The notes below the pieces were generated by a model, which had not been told where the DNA came from, did not search any database, and worked only from the letters and a program-made list of their open reading frames with translations. A DNA stretch of 64,000 nt from Mobula birostris. Taxonomy: Eukaryota. The translations under genes and the position numbers were made by a program. Below are positions 12,477 through 23,949 of this stretch, piece by piece (the stretch's first letter is position 1; every line of letters starts with the position of its first letter). The stretch spans positions 22,049,309-22,113,308 of the forward strand of contig NC_092379.1 in the NCBI RefSeq assembly GCF_030028105.1, written 5' to 3'.

Positions 12477-15421
12477 CTACCATGCCGCCCTGAATGCTGA
12501 GTTCCCCAGCCTATCTGATGGATTCATTGATCAAAACTTAAACTTGAGTTGGGTCCTGATGTTTTTGTAACCCAGAGTTCTTCAGCAGTCAAGAAGGGAC
12601 ATTAAAACCCATTGCTTATGACTGTTGAATACTGGTAGCAGACATTCCGTTAACATCCCATTGCTTAAATTAACCAGTGAGATAGTCCCTATTCGAGCAA
12701 TGTGACACCCGCCACTGAAACTGAGAGTTTACAGGAGATACACTGGCAATGGCAACCCACTGAACAATTACATGTATATAGGTAATTATTTAAAAACAAA
12801 CAAACATAAAAAAGTTAAACTACAAGCCAAATAACAATCATACAGTCCAATCCAACAACTGAAAGGGCAAAATTCCCCAAATAATAAGGTAGTATCATCA
12901 CACTACCCTCCTCAGCACAGTTATTTGCAGGTATTGTGAGATCTATCAATCAGAATTGATTCAGAGTTTAAGGAGACACAAATCCAATTCAGGTAATGTT
13001 ATTTTATTTAAGGTAAACAGAAAAATCAAATAGCAAGCTACTGGTCCAAGGCTCTTATAGGAATAAAACTACACATTTTATTGTCCAGATGTCAGAAAGA
13101 AAGGTTTAGTATATATATATGTACTTGCAGACCTCATCAGCTGACAAACTTTCAATGCCAGATTATTCATCCTCCCTGAATACGCAGGTTTATTATCCTT
13201 GATCTTCAGGGCCTGAGAGTTTTCAGGTCAATAATAACCCCCCACCCCCCAGCTCCCACAGTGATCCACAGTGATTGTTGTCTGTGTTGCTGTTTCAGTC
13301 TAAACTTGATTCACCGGGCAGCCTGCGTTCTCATCAGCAGACATCAGCTCCAGTTTGTCACACCGGGACTCTGCCCATTGATGGAATGTTGACAAGGCAG
13401 TCTGTGACGTCTTTTAGTTTCTCCTTATTTTCCACTTTATTGCTGCCAATTCACAATCATCTGATCACCTGAACTACAGTCATCAGGATGGACTTCTGTG
13501 CTCAGTCTGAGAAAACACACTTTCAGTTGTTGGTGGGAGTCTCCCAACTGCTTCAGAACATAAAATGCAGGTGTACATACATTTGAACTGCTCATTCCTA
13601 TAACGTAATCAATAAATCAATCAGTAACAGTCAATCATCATTACAGTGAGCCTGTTTCTGACATGTGACAAATGCTCTGTAATGAGGAGAGGGTCTTGCT
13701 GTCTCTGCATATTTTCCCCTTTGGTTTTGATTCATTTTGTCTCATTCTGTGTGGTAAACGTGAACCTGTTGGTTGGTGCAAAGCACAACATTAGAATTGT
13801 ATTTCCATATGTAAAGCAGTGTGTTTATTCTTTTTAGTAACACAGCTCCACTGGGAGGGCCCCCTGCTCAAATTAAACCTGCCTGTGAAACCTGAGAGGA
13901 AGTGTAAGGACTGAGTGTTAATGTTATCGCAGAGTTTCAGACATCTGTCAGCTATTAATAACAAATGTTACTGAGCTTCAAGTAAACCTACAACACAGAA
14001 CAGTACAGCACATGAACAGGCCCTTCAGCCCATGATGACTGTGACAACCACAATGCCCAATTAATCTAAACCGAACTATCTGCACAGAATCCATATCCCT
14101 CCGTATCCTGAATGGTCTTGTGCCTTTTCAAATGTATCTCAACTGCACTATCATGCTGATTCACCACCTCTCCTGCCAGTGCATTCCAGGCACCTATCAC
14201 TCTCTGTGTAAAAATATAACCCACAAATCTCCTTTGAATGTTACACCCCTCACCTTAAATCTTTGTCCTTTTGGAAATGACATTTTACCCTGGGAAAATG
14301 ACTCTGACTGTCGACCCTATTGATGACTCTTATACTTTTTTAAGCCTCTATTAGGTTGCCTCTCAGCCTACGCACCAGAGTAAACAGTCAAAGATTGTTC
14401 AACTACACCTTACAGCTAATATTCTCCAATCCAGGCAACATACTTGTGAATGTCTTTTACACCCTCTCCAAAGCCTCCACATCCTTCTTTCAATGGAGCA
14501 ACCAGAACTGAGGGTTCATGAAGTTTCACTCAGTTTAATGCAGGCATGAAAAACTATGCTTTAACTTGGACAAAAAGCAATCTGCACTCTCCTCCTATGC
14601 AGTCCCATGAAATTCTCCCAGCAGGGAATCTGTCTCCTTGATGCTGGAATGTTCTCAGTTCAACTTTTGGGCTTGTTCCTGTGAAAAAAAGGGGTCATTT
14701 TTGGCCTCATTAGTAATATGTGACAGGTTTAGTTGCTCAAATACACCCTGGATAGGAGGGTCATGAGAAGGTTGAAGGGTAAAGCATATTTTCACGTCAC
14801 AGATGATAAAAATACCTGATAGGGTGGAGGCGAAAGTCTTCAGGGGGATTACAACTATTGTAAATAATCTCCAACTTGGATTATTCATCCAGAGGATGGA
14901 GAGGATGTGGATCTCTCCCACAGAAGTGAATGTGGGGAAAGGGAACAGAAGGAGAAATTAACCCAGTTGCACAAAGATGGAGTGACTGGAGGTTTGTGTG
15001 GACAATAAACAATGGCATGAAATAATTGGTCTGAATCTGCTCCTGTGCTGTATGTTTCATTTAACTCTGTGTTGTACCAGAGTCACAGGAGAGAAACAAA
15101 ATTTATCGTTTCCTTTCCTTCACCATGTTCCTTTCCCACTCTCTTTATCTGTTCCTGAGGCTTCCACTCTCCTGTTCCTCCCACACGTTCTGCATATCGA
15201 CATTCTCTCTCATTTCGTCTTTCCACTTTCCCTCACCTCCCCTCATCAATTCCTCCCCATTTCATTCTTTTCCACTTCATGTCTCTTATCCTCTTCCTCC
15301 TTCACTCTCTCTGTATGTTCCTCTCTCTTTATTTTCCCTTCACCTTTCTGTCCATCACCCAATCCCAAACTCTTTCTCAGGAACTGTTGTTTCTCAGTGG
15401 CAGCAGTTGGGCCCAGACTGG

Positions 15422-15712
15422 TGTTACGTACCCTGTAACTGGGTTGCCAAACCAGCAGAAATGGACCACTTAGTTGGAGTCTGGATTACTGGAACTAAGA
15501 AAGTTTTATTAAATAAATAAGTAACACAGTACTCTAATAGTAAGGATATAAATGCAACAGGTTAGTAATGAATAAAGACACATGTGCACAGAACTAGGAT
15601 AATAGGAATCAATCAAGCTCTATCGCAGTCTAGGGGTAAAATGATCAGTCTTACAGTGACACAGAGTTCAGTTCAGTTTCAGTTCGCAGTAATCGCCGTC
15701 GTGCCATGGGGG

Positions 15713-15752
<40 letters not shown>

Positions 15753-16281
15753 ATGCTGATATTCAAAACGGATTCAACAGACCTTTGATATTCCTCGCAG
15801 TTAGCTTTCGGCGCAAGCCCTTTTTAATGTCTTCTGAGGTCACCAACTGTGACCCTTCCGTTCCAGATACAATCGTTCTTCTGCGGTGAACCCGGCACCC
15901 AGGCAAGGGTGGACACACACACCAGGTTCCCGCCAATCGTACCGTCTCACCCTGTGCGTCTATGGTTGGTCCCGCGACCAGACCTTCAAAACTCCCACCA
16001 ACTTGTGGGGGCGCACCGCACTTCCAGGGTCTCGTGGTGTCGTGGTGTTGTGGTGTGTGTTTTGCCTTAGCGAACCTGTTCCTTTTATCCCCTTGCTGGG
16101 GTATCGCCTGTCCATCAAACTTCAAACAGTTCAGGTTCAAAGCAACCGGTCTCTGACAATACTCGGAACTGTGTCTCCTTTTCATTAATCCCTCTCGTCT
16201 CTCTCTTATTAGCATTTTGAATGTTTCCCCCATTTGTCTCTCTCTTATCGGCATCTTCTGATAACTTGGTCTGTTGTCACA
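15422..16281 (-). repeat. 3' LTR of the Gmr1-like element (contains a (GA)n tract)
   Basis: Direct repeat of 19627-20474; starts TGTTACG, ends TCACA on the + strand. Confidence 0.92.
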
Positions 16282-17688
16282 CCCCTACCCTTCAAAGGAT
16301 TTTTACCGGGGTAAAAATTATAGGCATGAATACAGTATTAGATACACACAAGTATACATGTTCATCAGCTATTTGGCTAATACAGAGAATTTTAAGTTGC
16401 CAACACCTTGACAGACAGTCAGCAATCACATTTTCCGTTCCTTTCATATGTGTTATTTTAATAATCCTCTAAAACCAGGCTCCAACTTAACAAATTTCAT
16501 AGTGGCCAAAAATACTAATGAGTTGTGATCAGTGTAACTTCTCAGTGGTTTTCGTCCCGGACACAGATAACAAGGGTCATCCCATACCAACTTAGCATTC
16601 TTTGGCAAGAGTTTAGTAAGAGGGTGGGTAATATCCGCAAAGTTCTTGCAAAACTTCCTATAGTACCCCACCATCTCCAAGAATCTTCTCAGGGCTCTCT
16701 TGTCTGTCGGGGTTGGGACATCGGAGATAGCCTGCACGTTAACTTGTATCGGTGCCAGCTGCCTCTGTCTTACCACAAATCCCAGATAAGTGATTTTTCC
16801 GTGGCCGAATTCACTTTTTGCGAGGTTCACTGTCAGGCTGGCTTTAGACACCCGTTTAAACAGTGCCACAATGTGCTCTTCCCACGTGTCACTCCAGACC
16901 ACTACATCGCCAATATACACTTCTGTGTTCTTTAGCCCTTTTGTCACTGAATTAATCATTCTATAGGGGAGTTGCACACTAGGCTGACCTGATGTGACAA
17001 CAACTCCATGTCCCAGCTCTTTGCATCACCTCGGGACATCTGGAACTACGTGTGCGTGCCGTTTAATTAGCTCTCTTAATGGGTCGCTTTGTTCGGGGAT
17101 TAAGGGAGAGACCTTATCAGCAAAACTGGTCAAAACAATAGACATCTTCCATCTGGTCGGCCTCATACTTATCTTTTCAAAATGGGTTTTCCCCTTATCA
17201 GGTGGCACCCTAGCCTCATTAATTTTTGTGATAACACCGACTAAGTTTGTTCGCCTATCGTGGCAAGCTGTTGGCATATCAAAAGCCTGTAACTGTATCA
17301 GCTCACGTCTGCAATAGTCAATATCATCCTTCCTCCTGTGCAGTCAGTAAAACTCTTTCATGATTCCGCCGACTGTTTTCCTCCCCCCAAAATGTCCACC
17401 GAGGGGTATCTTGTGGGCCAGGTTAAGAATCTCATCCCCATAAATTTTTGGCACCATCCCTCATTCCTCATCTGCGGGCATGGTACTTGGTCTCCCTTTC
17501 TTCCTCAGCACTCCCTCCTCCACACGATAGCCTACTGGCTCCCTTTTTAATTCTGCTTCAGAGAAAGTGTTTCCGCCAAAACTATCAGCTCCTCGTCTCG
17601 CTCCTGTGTCTGTACAAAGCCCTTCCTTGCTAATGCTAAGTCTGCCTCAACTCCCTCACTTCCTCTTGTTTCACTACGCTCCTTCTTT

Positions 17689-19527
17689 TCACTTTCTAAA
17701 CCCCCCCTCCCCCCGGTACAAGGCTGGTAAAAACGTCTCAGCCAATTCTATAGTTACTTCGGCAGCCTTTCTGGACACAGGCCGAGTCACTGCGCAAACG
17801 GGATAAACCTGTGAGTCCATGGGCGGGGCCTCAATCCTGGCAGGCTGGCCTGTCAGTTTTACTGCTGAGAACACATTTCCGCCGGCGAGGTCATTACCGA
17901 GTAAGACCTCCACGTCTCTCATCGGTAGTTCGGGCCTCACCCCGATCATGACCAGTCCGGAGACCAAGTCGCTTTTTAGGTGTATCTGGTGCAAAGGTAC
18001 TGCTTCAGTCCCTTTCCCAATGCCTTTTATCACCCTGACCTCCCCAGTCTCGGTCTCTGAACTAAAGTCTAAAACACTCCTTAAGATCAGTGACTGACAA
18101 GCTCCAGTGTCTCTCCAGATCCGTACTGGAACCGGGTTTAACCCCTCCTTCACCGACACCAATCTGGCCGAGATAAACCTCTCGCGCCCTTCCTGAACTT
18201 TGTCAGACCTCTTCTCTCCTAGTGGTTTGCTTACCAGCTCAATACAGCCAGTCGGAACCGCCGTTTTGCCTTTCCCCACCTCCTTCTTTGGGGCAAAGCA
18301 CCTGGACGCAAAGTGTCGGACTTTCCCACAATTATAACATACGACCCCAGGAGACTTCCTACCAAACTGCTCCCAGTCTACCTTATCCTTCTCACTAGTC
18401 CCCAGTTTACTTTCTGACACTTCTGGCAAACTCTCCCCGCCGTCCTGACTACCCTTCTGGTAGCCTTTACTCGGGGCAAACTTCGTTTTATGTGTCAACG
18501 CGTACTCATCCGCTAACTTAGCAGTTGCGGCTAAAGTGTCTGCCTCTTTCTCATCTAGGTAGGGTCTCATACCTTCAGGGACACAACCTTTAAACTGCTC
18601 AATCGGGATTAGCTGTAGCAGTCTGTCATAATCCCCGTTGACCCCTTTCGAGGCGGACCAACGCTCACAATAAGTCTGCAGCTCATGGGCAAACTCTAAA
18701 TACGTGCGGCCCCACTGCTTCCTCGCATTCCGGAACCTCTGCCGGTATGCCTCCGGGACCAACTCATAAATCCTGAGGATGGCCTTTTTCACCACCTCAT
18801 ACTTCTGGGCATCTTCTGCGGACAAAGCCGAGTAAGCTTGTTGGGCTTTTCCTTTAAGTACACTCTGAAGCAAAACAGCCCACTTATCCCTCGGCCAGTC
18901 CTGACTTACAGCAACTTTTTCAAAATGTAGAAAGTATCGATCAACATCGGTCTCGTCAAATGGGGGAACCAGCCTAACCTCCTGGGTCGCCCTAAACCCT
19001 CCACCTTGGTTCGGCATGGGCCCCTGCGCTGCCCTCATCTTTATCCTCTCCAGCTCGAATTCCCTTTCCCTCTGTTTCTCTTCTCGCTCCAACTGTTTGT
19101 CCCTCTCTTCTCGCTCCAACTGCCTCTGTCTCTCTTGCCGTTCTAACTGTCTCTCTCTCTCTTGCCGTTCTAACTGTCTCTCTCTCTCTTGCCGTTCTAA
19201 CTGTCTCTCTCTCTCTTGTCGTTCTAACTGTTTCTCTTCGTGTTCTAGCTGCCGTACCCGGAACTCGTGCTCAAGTCTCAATTTTTCAAGCTGCACCTGT
19301 ACTGCGTCTCCACCAGGTTTTCCAATAGATATCACCTCCAGCTCCCCTTGGGGAAACACACCTTTCGACACATAATGCTCCATGATAGCTCTGTGCATCT
19401 TCTCTCTCCTCATTGTCGACTTCCCCTTAAAAAGATTCAATCGTTTGGCCACAGCTGCCAATTCCGCTTTCCTGGCATCCTCTAATGCCTCCGAGGTCGG
19501 CACCTTTAGAAATTCCTCAATCTCCAT
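17689..19527 (-). CDS. gag: Gag-protease polyprotein of the Gmr1-like element (coiled-coil repeat, SCAN-like capsid domain, CCHC knuckle, aspartic protease)
   Basis: Open 612-aa ORF: (ERQERERQL)n repeats, YFLHFEKVA..WP...W..LLQSVLKGKAQQAYSAL, CYNCGKVRHFASRC, RDTGA. Confidence 0.85.
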   Translation of the reverse strand: MEIEEFLKVPTSEALEDARKAELAAVAKRLNLFKGKSTMRREKMHRAIMEHYVSKGVFPQGELEVISIGKPGGDAVQVQLEKLRLEHEFRVRQLEHEEKQLERQERERQLERQERERQLERQERERQLERQERQRQLEREERDKQLEREEKQREREFELERIKMRAAQGPMPNQGGGFRATQEVRLVPPFDETDVDRYFLHFEKVAVSQDWPRDKWAVLLQSVLKGKAQQAYSALSAEDAQKYEVVKKAILRIYELVPEAYRQRFRNARKQWGRTYLEFAHELQTYCERWSASKGVNGDYDRLLQLIPIEQFKGCVPEGMRPYLDEKEADTLAATAKLADEYALTHKTKFAPSKGYQKGSQDGGESLPEVSESKLGTSEKDKVDWEQFGRKSPGVVCYNCGKVRHFASRCFAPKKEVGKGKTAVPTGCIELVSKPLGEKRSDKVQEGRERFISARLVSVKEGLNPVPVRIWRDTGACQSLILRSVLDFSSETETGEVRVIKGIGKGTEAVPLHQIHLKSDLVSGLVMIGVRPELPMRDVEVLLGNDLAGGNVFSAVKLTGQPARIEAPPMDSQVYPVCAVTRPVSRKAAEVTIELAETFLPALYRGEGGFRK

Positions 19528-19626
19528 TTCTGCTGTTTGCCTTTTCTTTCTTTCGGGAATTTTAACCCAATCAATTTACCCCGTCCCAAATTTAGCATTC
19601 AAAATCGCGGACGAGAACCCCACTTA

Positions 19627-20474
19627 TGTTACGTACCCCGTAACTGGGTTGCCAAACCAGCAGAAATGGACCACTTAGTTGGAGTCTGGATTATTGGAAC
19701 TAAGAAAGTTTTATTAAATAAATAAGTAACACAGTACTCTAATAGTAAGGATATAAATGCAACAGGTTAGTAATGAATAAAGACACATGTGCACAGAACT
19801 AGGATAATAGGATCAATCAAGCTCTATCGCAGTCTAGGGGTAAAATGATCAGTCTTACAGTGACACAGAGTTCAGTTCAGTTTCAGTTCACAGTAATCGC
19901 CGTCATGCCGTTGGGGAGAGAGAGAGAGAGAGAGAGAGAGAGCGAATGCTGATATTCAAATCGGATTCAACAGACCTTTGATATTCCTCACAGTTAGCTT
20001 TCGGCGCAAGCCCTTTTTAATGTCTTCTGAGGTCACCAACTGTGACCCCTCCGTTCCAGATACAATCGTTCTTCTGCGGTGAACCCGGCACCCAGGCAAG
20101 GGTGGACACACACACCAGGTTCCTGCCGATCGTACCGTCTCACCCTGTGCGTCTATGGTTGGTCCCACGACCAGACCTCCAAAACTCCCACCAACTTGTG
20201 GGGGCACACCGCACTTCCAGGGTCTCGTGGTGTCGTGGTGTTGTGGTGTGTGTTTTGCCTTAGCGAACCTGTTCCTTTTGTACCCTTGCTGGGGTATCGC
20301 CTGTCCATCAAACTTCAAACAGTTCAGGTTCAAAGCAACCGGTCTCTGACAATACTCGGAACTGTGTCTCCTTTTTGTTAATCCCTCTCGTCTCTCTCTT
20401 ATTAGCATTTTGAATGTTTCCCCCATTTGTCTCTCTCTTATCGGCATCTTCTGATAACTTGGTCTGTTGTCACA
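19627..20474 (-). repeat. 5' LTR of the Gmr1-like element
   Basis: Direct repeat of 15422-16281, adjacent to the PBS. Confidence 0.92.
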
Positions 20475-20529
20475 CCGGTCACCTATGGTCAGGTATATCA
20501 GATCGTCAGAATCAACTAGTTTCTGCCTT

Positions 20530-21400
20530 CACTCCCATCAGTATCAGAAGCAGGTTTAATATCACTGATATATGTCGCGAAATGTGTTGTGTTGTGGCAG
20601 CAACACAGTGCAACACATAAAAATCATAAATTACAATGAGATACATGTATATATAACTCATGCAAATCCAGAGCAAAAATAGGAGGTAGTGTTCATAAGT
20701 TGGTTCAGTGTCTGTTCAGAAATCTGATGGCAGAGGGGAAGAAGCTGTTCCTGAAATGTTGAGTGTGTGTCTCCAGGCTCCTGTACCTCCTCTCTGATGG
20801 TAGTAATAAGAGGAGAACATGTCCGGTATGATGTGGGTCTTTAATGATGGATGTGGCTTTTTGAGGCATTGCCTTTTGAAGATGTCCTCAGTGCTGGGGA
20901 AGATGGTGCCCGTGATGGAGCTGGCTGAGTTTGCAACTCTCTGCAGCTTTTTCTGATCCTGTGCAGTGGCCTGTCTGTACCAGACAGTGAGGCAACCACA
21001 TCCAATGCTCTCCATGGTACATCTGTAGAAATTTGTTAGAGTATTTGATGAAACACCAAATCATCTCAAACTCCTAATGAAATTTAACCTCTAATGTTCT
21101 TTCTTTGTCATTTCATCAATAAGTTGGACCCAGGATAGATCTTTAGCGATGTTGACAGCCAGGAATTTGAAACTGCTCACCCTTTCCACTGCTGATCCCT
21201 CAATGATACCTGGTGTGTGTCTCCCCACATTCCCTTTCCAAAGGCCACAGTCAATTCATTATTCTGACCGACATTGAGTGAAGGTCGTCAGTGTGACACC
21301 ACTCAACCAGCCAATCGATCTCACTTCTGTACCCCTCCTCATCACCATCTGAGATTCTGCCAACAACAGACAAATGTGAAGATGGCATTTGAGCTGTGCC
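20530..21400 (-). mobile_element. L2/Rex-Babar-type LINE 3' fragment
   Basis: ORF 20716..21015 (ESI..GC.TVWY..AT.QD.KKLQRV) is typical of the RT C-terminal region of these LINEs. Boundaries approximate. Confidence 0.6.
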
Positions 21401-21557
21401 GAGCCACACAGTCATGGGTGTAGAGAGAGTAGAGTGGAGCATGCCCCATATCTCACTTCAGAATGGGACAGAGGCAGTGGGAGCTGGAGTGGGATAGCCA
21501 GCTGTGAGACGTTCAACTTGCGGCTGTAAGCTGAGAAAGTTTGAACAACCTGGAATG

Positions 21558-21790
21558 GCCAGCTGGTGGAGTAGTGGCATCAGTGCTGGACTTCAGGGTG
21601 AGAGGTCCTGAGTTCGAATCCGGCCGGCTCCCTTGCACGGTCGAGTGTCGAGCTAACAACTCGACCTCATAAAAAAAATCCTGGAGGGGGATGGGCTCCA
21701 CCAAGTTTCAGATGCCCAATACACGCCGTACGATAAGCATACCGAGAAAGCTTGTCATGACGGTGCCCCGACGACACACACACAATAAAT
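21558..21790 (+). mobile_element. tRNA-derived SINE (same family as the copy in the CH1 pseudo-exon)
   Basis: Head GCCAGCTGGTGGAGTAGTGG with B box GTTCGAATCC; aligns by eye with 35631-35700. Confidence 0.7.
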
Positions 21791-23949
21791 ACAAGCCAAT
21801 GGTAGGTCAAGGCAGGAACATATGAAAATACTCAGGTGTGCTGAGAAACATAAGGAGGTAAACTGTCCACAGTCACAGAGGTTATTGTTTGGTGAGCTCG
21901 TGTTTCAAGAGAGGTCTTGTTTCTGCTGTGTCAGCTGACTGACACAGATTCCATAAGGGAATAACCAATCCCAATGGACAGAGAGGGAATGTGGAAGGTT
22001 TACTTTGGGTGAGAGATCCCTGGTGGGTGTGGGTTCTAATTAATCCTAAGGATGAATTTAAGCTGAATGTCTCAGTGTGCTACAGTTAATGGGGAAAATA
22101 GGGATACACATGGGTGGATATTACACTGCTATGGAGTAGAGATCAAACTAGACCACATCTGGAGCACTGGCTGTGATTGTTGACATCACCCCTCAGGAAG
22201 GATGTTTTTTCCTTGGAGAGGAGTTGTGTGGGTGAGGCACAGTGAAGTGCTGCTGGGACTGTGATAGAATATTAGGTCTGGTCTCTTGTTCCCTGGAGTG
22301 TGGAAAATTGAAGGCCAGTGTAATTGGGGAGTTTAAAAACATTCAAGAATGGTGCAAAAGAAGCATCTGTTACTTCAAGATATACAGGGCATTGGAAATC
22401 TGGAACTCTCCCTGGGAAATGGTCAAGACTGGGTGGGCGGGTGGGAGGTGTCAGTTGAAATATCAAAATTAATAGAATTTTGTTTGAGTTCAGTTATTAA
22501 AATATGAGCCAAGGAGGGTAAATGGAGATCGGACGTAGGTCAGCTTTGGAGGGAATAGACGGAAGGGCTGAGCAATCTCCTTCTGACACTCAGTGCACGG
22601 GATAAATTTGAACAGAATCTCTGTGTGCAGCTGTTGATTTACCAGAAACACATTTCATATTCTCATTCTTGACAGGTGGATGAAACTGGGCAGCGATATA
22701 GGGGGTACTTCCCTCTCAGCTTCCTGTCGGAGAAATGGCTTGACTTAATCCAAGCAGGGAGCCTTCCAGAGGAAATAGGCTTGCTAGAAAGAATAACCTC
22801 GCTGCTCAAGGCATGGAAATACTTTTTTGATTCAGGGGCCAATACCAATAAACAATTCAGGGGTCAATACCAATAAACAATTCCTGTATTTTTGGAAAAG
22901 CGGATTGACTCATGGGCTGAAAGTCTGAAGGGAGAAGGGGTCCATGCAAGTATGGAGACATCTGTCCTCTGGGAAGTAACAACATGAACCTGACTTCAAC
23001 CAATCTTAAATATCGGGTTCTATGGGAGGAAAACAGAGATTGTCTCAGATTGAAGGTGGTACTTATTTATGCTGCAAGCAGGAAATTTGTGCTCTGGCCC
23101 AATGCCATTAAACTGATGGTGTCACAATGGGGAGCATTGGGAACGGACCCAAATGCAAGGCACAGACACTGAAGTACTAGGTACAGGACTTCACTAGAGT
23201 AGGGACATGACAGGATACAGACAAAGAGCAGGGACAAGAATGCAGACTAGGGCTAGGACATGGACTAGACAGGGAACCTGGACAAGGAATCATGAACTAG
23301 GAGCCTGGGCTTGGGAAGGTGGGACCAGGACTAGGAACCATGAACTAGGAGCCTGGGCTTGGACTCTGAGCCAGAGACCGGACAAGGACCCAGAACCTGG
23401 GTCTTGCCCCAGGCTCAGACCCCAGAACAAGGCAAGGACATGACATGGCTACAGGACGGGGCTGGGGTCTTGGGGTCTTGAGGCTACTTATATTCCAAGC
23501 CCCAAGCAGATGCCTATGATTAATCCAACCGAAACGAGAGGCAGCTGGAAGACCCAGAGTCCTGAGTCCACGGACCGGACAGTGAACTGGAATGCGGAGT
23601 TGGCAGACCGGATCATGGCAGATGGTTCCAATTAAACTGCTCCAGTACAGATGCAATACTGACATCTACACGAGGATGGGAAAAATTGCCCAGTATGTCC
23701 ATTCTTGAATACAGGACAAATTTAATCTGACAATAATGGCCGAATTTGTCTACTCAATGTTTAGTAAAGTGATGGAAGCCATAGTCGACAGTGTTGGAAA
23801 GTGGCACTTACTCACCAAATAACCTAATCACTAGTGACCAGTTTAGGCTTTACTGGGACCACTTGGTTTCTCCTTGATCAATCTTGTTGTCTTATCTGTT
23901 GCTGTCAATGCCTCTGGCAACATTCCAGATATCGACCACAATTTTGCTT

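Larger units (their letters stand above)
15422..20474 (-). mobile_element. Gmr1-like Ty3/Gypsy LTR retrotransposon, internally deleted
   Basis: Two ~850-bp near-identical LTRs (15422-16281, 19627-20474) with TG...CA ends. TSD CTGG/CCGG, tRNA-Pro-like PBS at 19604-19622, polypurine tract at 16282-16293 (minus). The integrase remnant (AHKIPLGGHF..RKT, ~17300-17470) lies before the RT/RNase H remnant (16453-16977). Confidence 0.9.

Noticed and set aside
15763-16254. 163-aa ORF present in both Gypsy LTRs (also 19956-20447)
   Set aside because: Its conservation is explained by LTR identity; no recognisable domain.
22676-22885. Candidate exon/ORF after TTCTTGACAG with a 24-bp tandem duplication near 22835-22885
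   Set aside because: No recognisable protein motif, no partner exons and no clear donor.
23120-23664. TG...CA-bounded, internally repetitive segment resembling a solo LTR (related motif GGACCCAAATGC also near 26300)
   Set aside because: No matching target-site duplication found, so boundaries and identity are unsupported.
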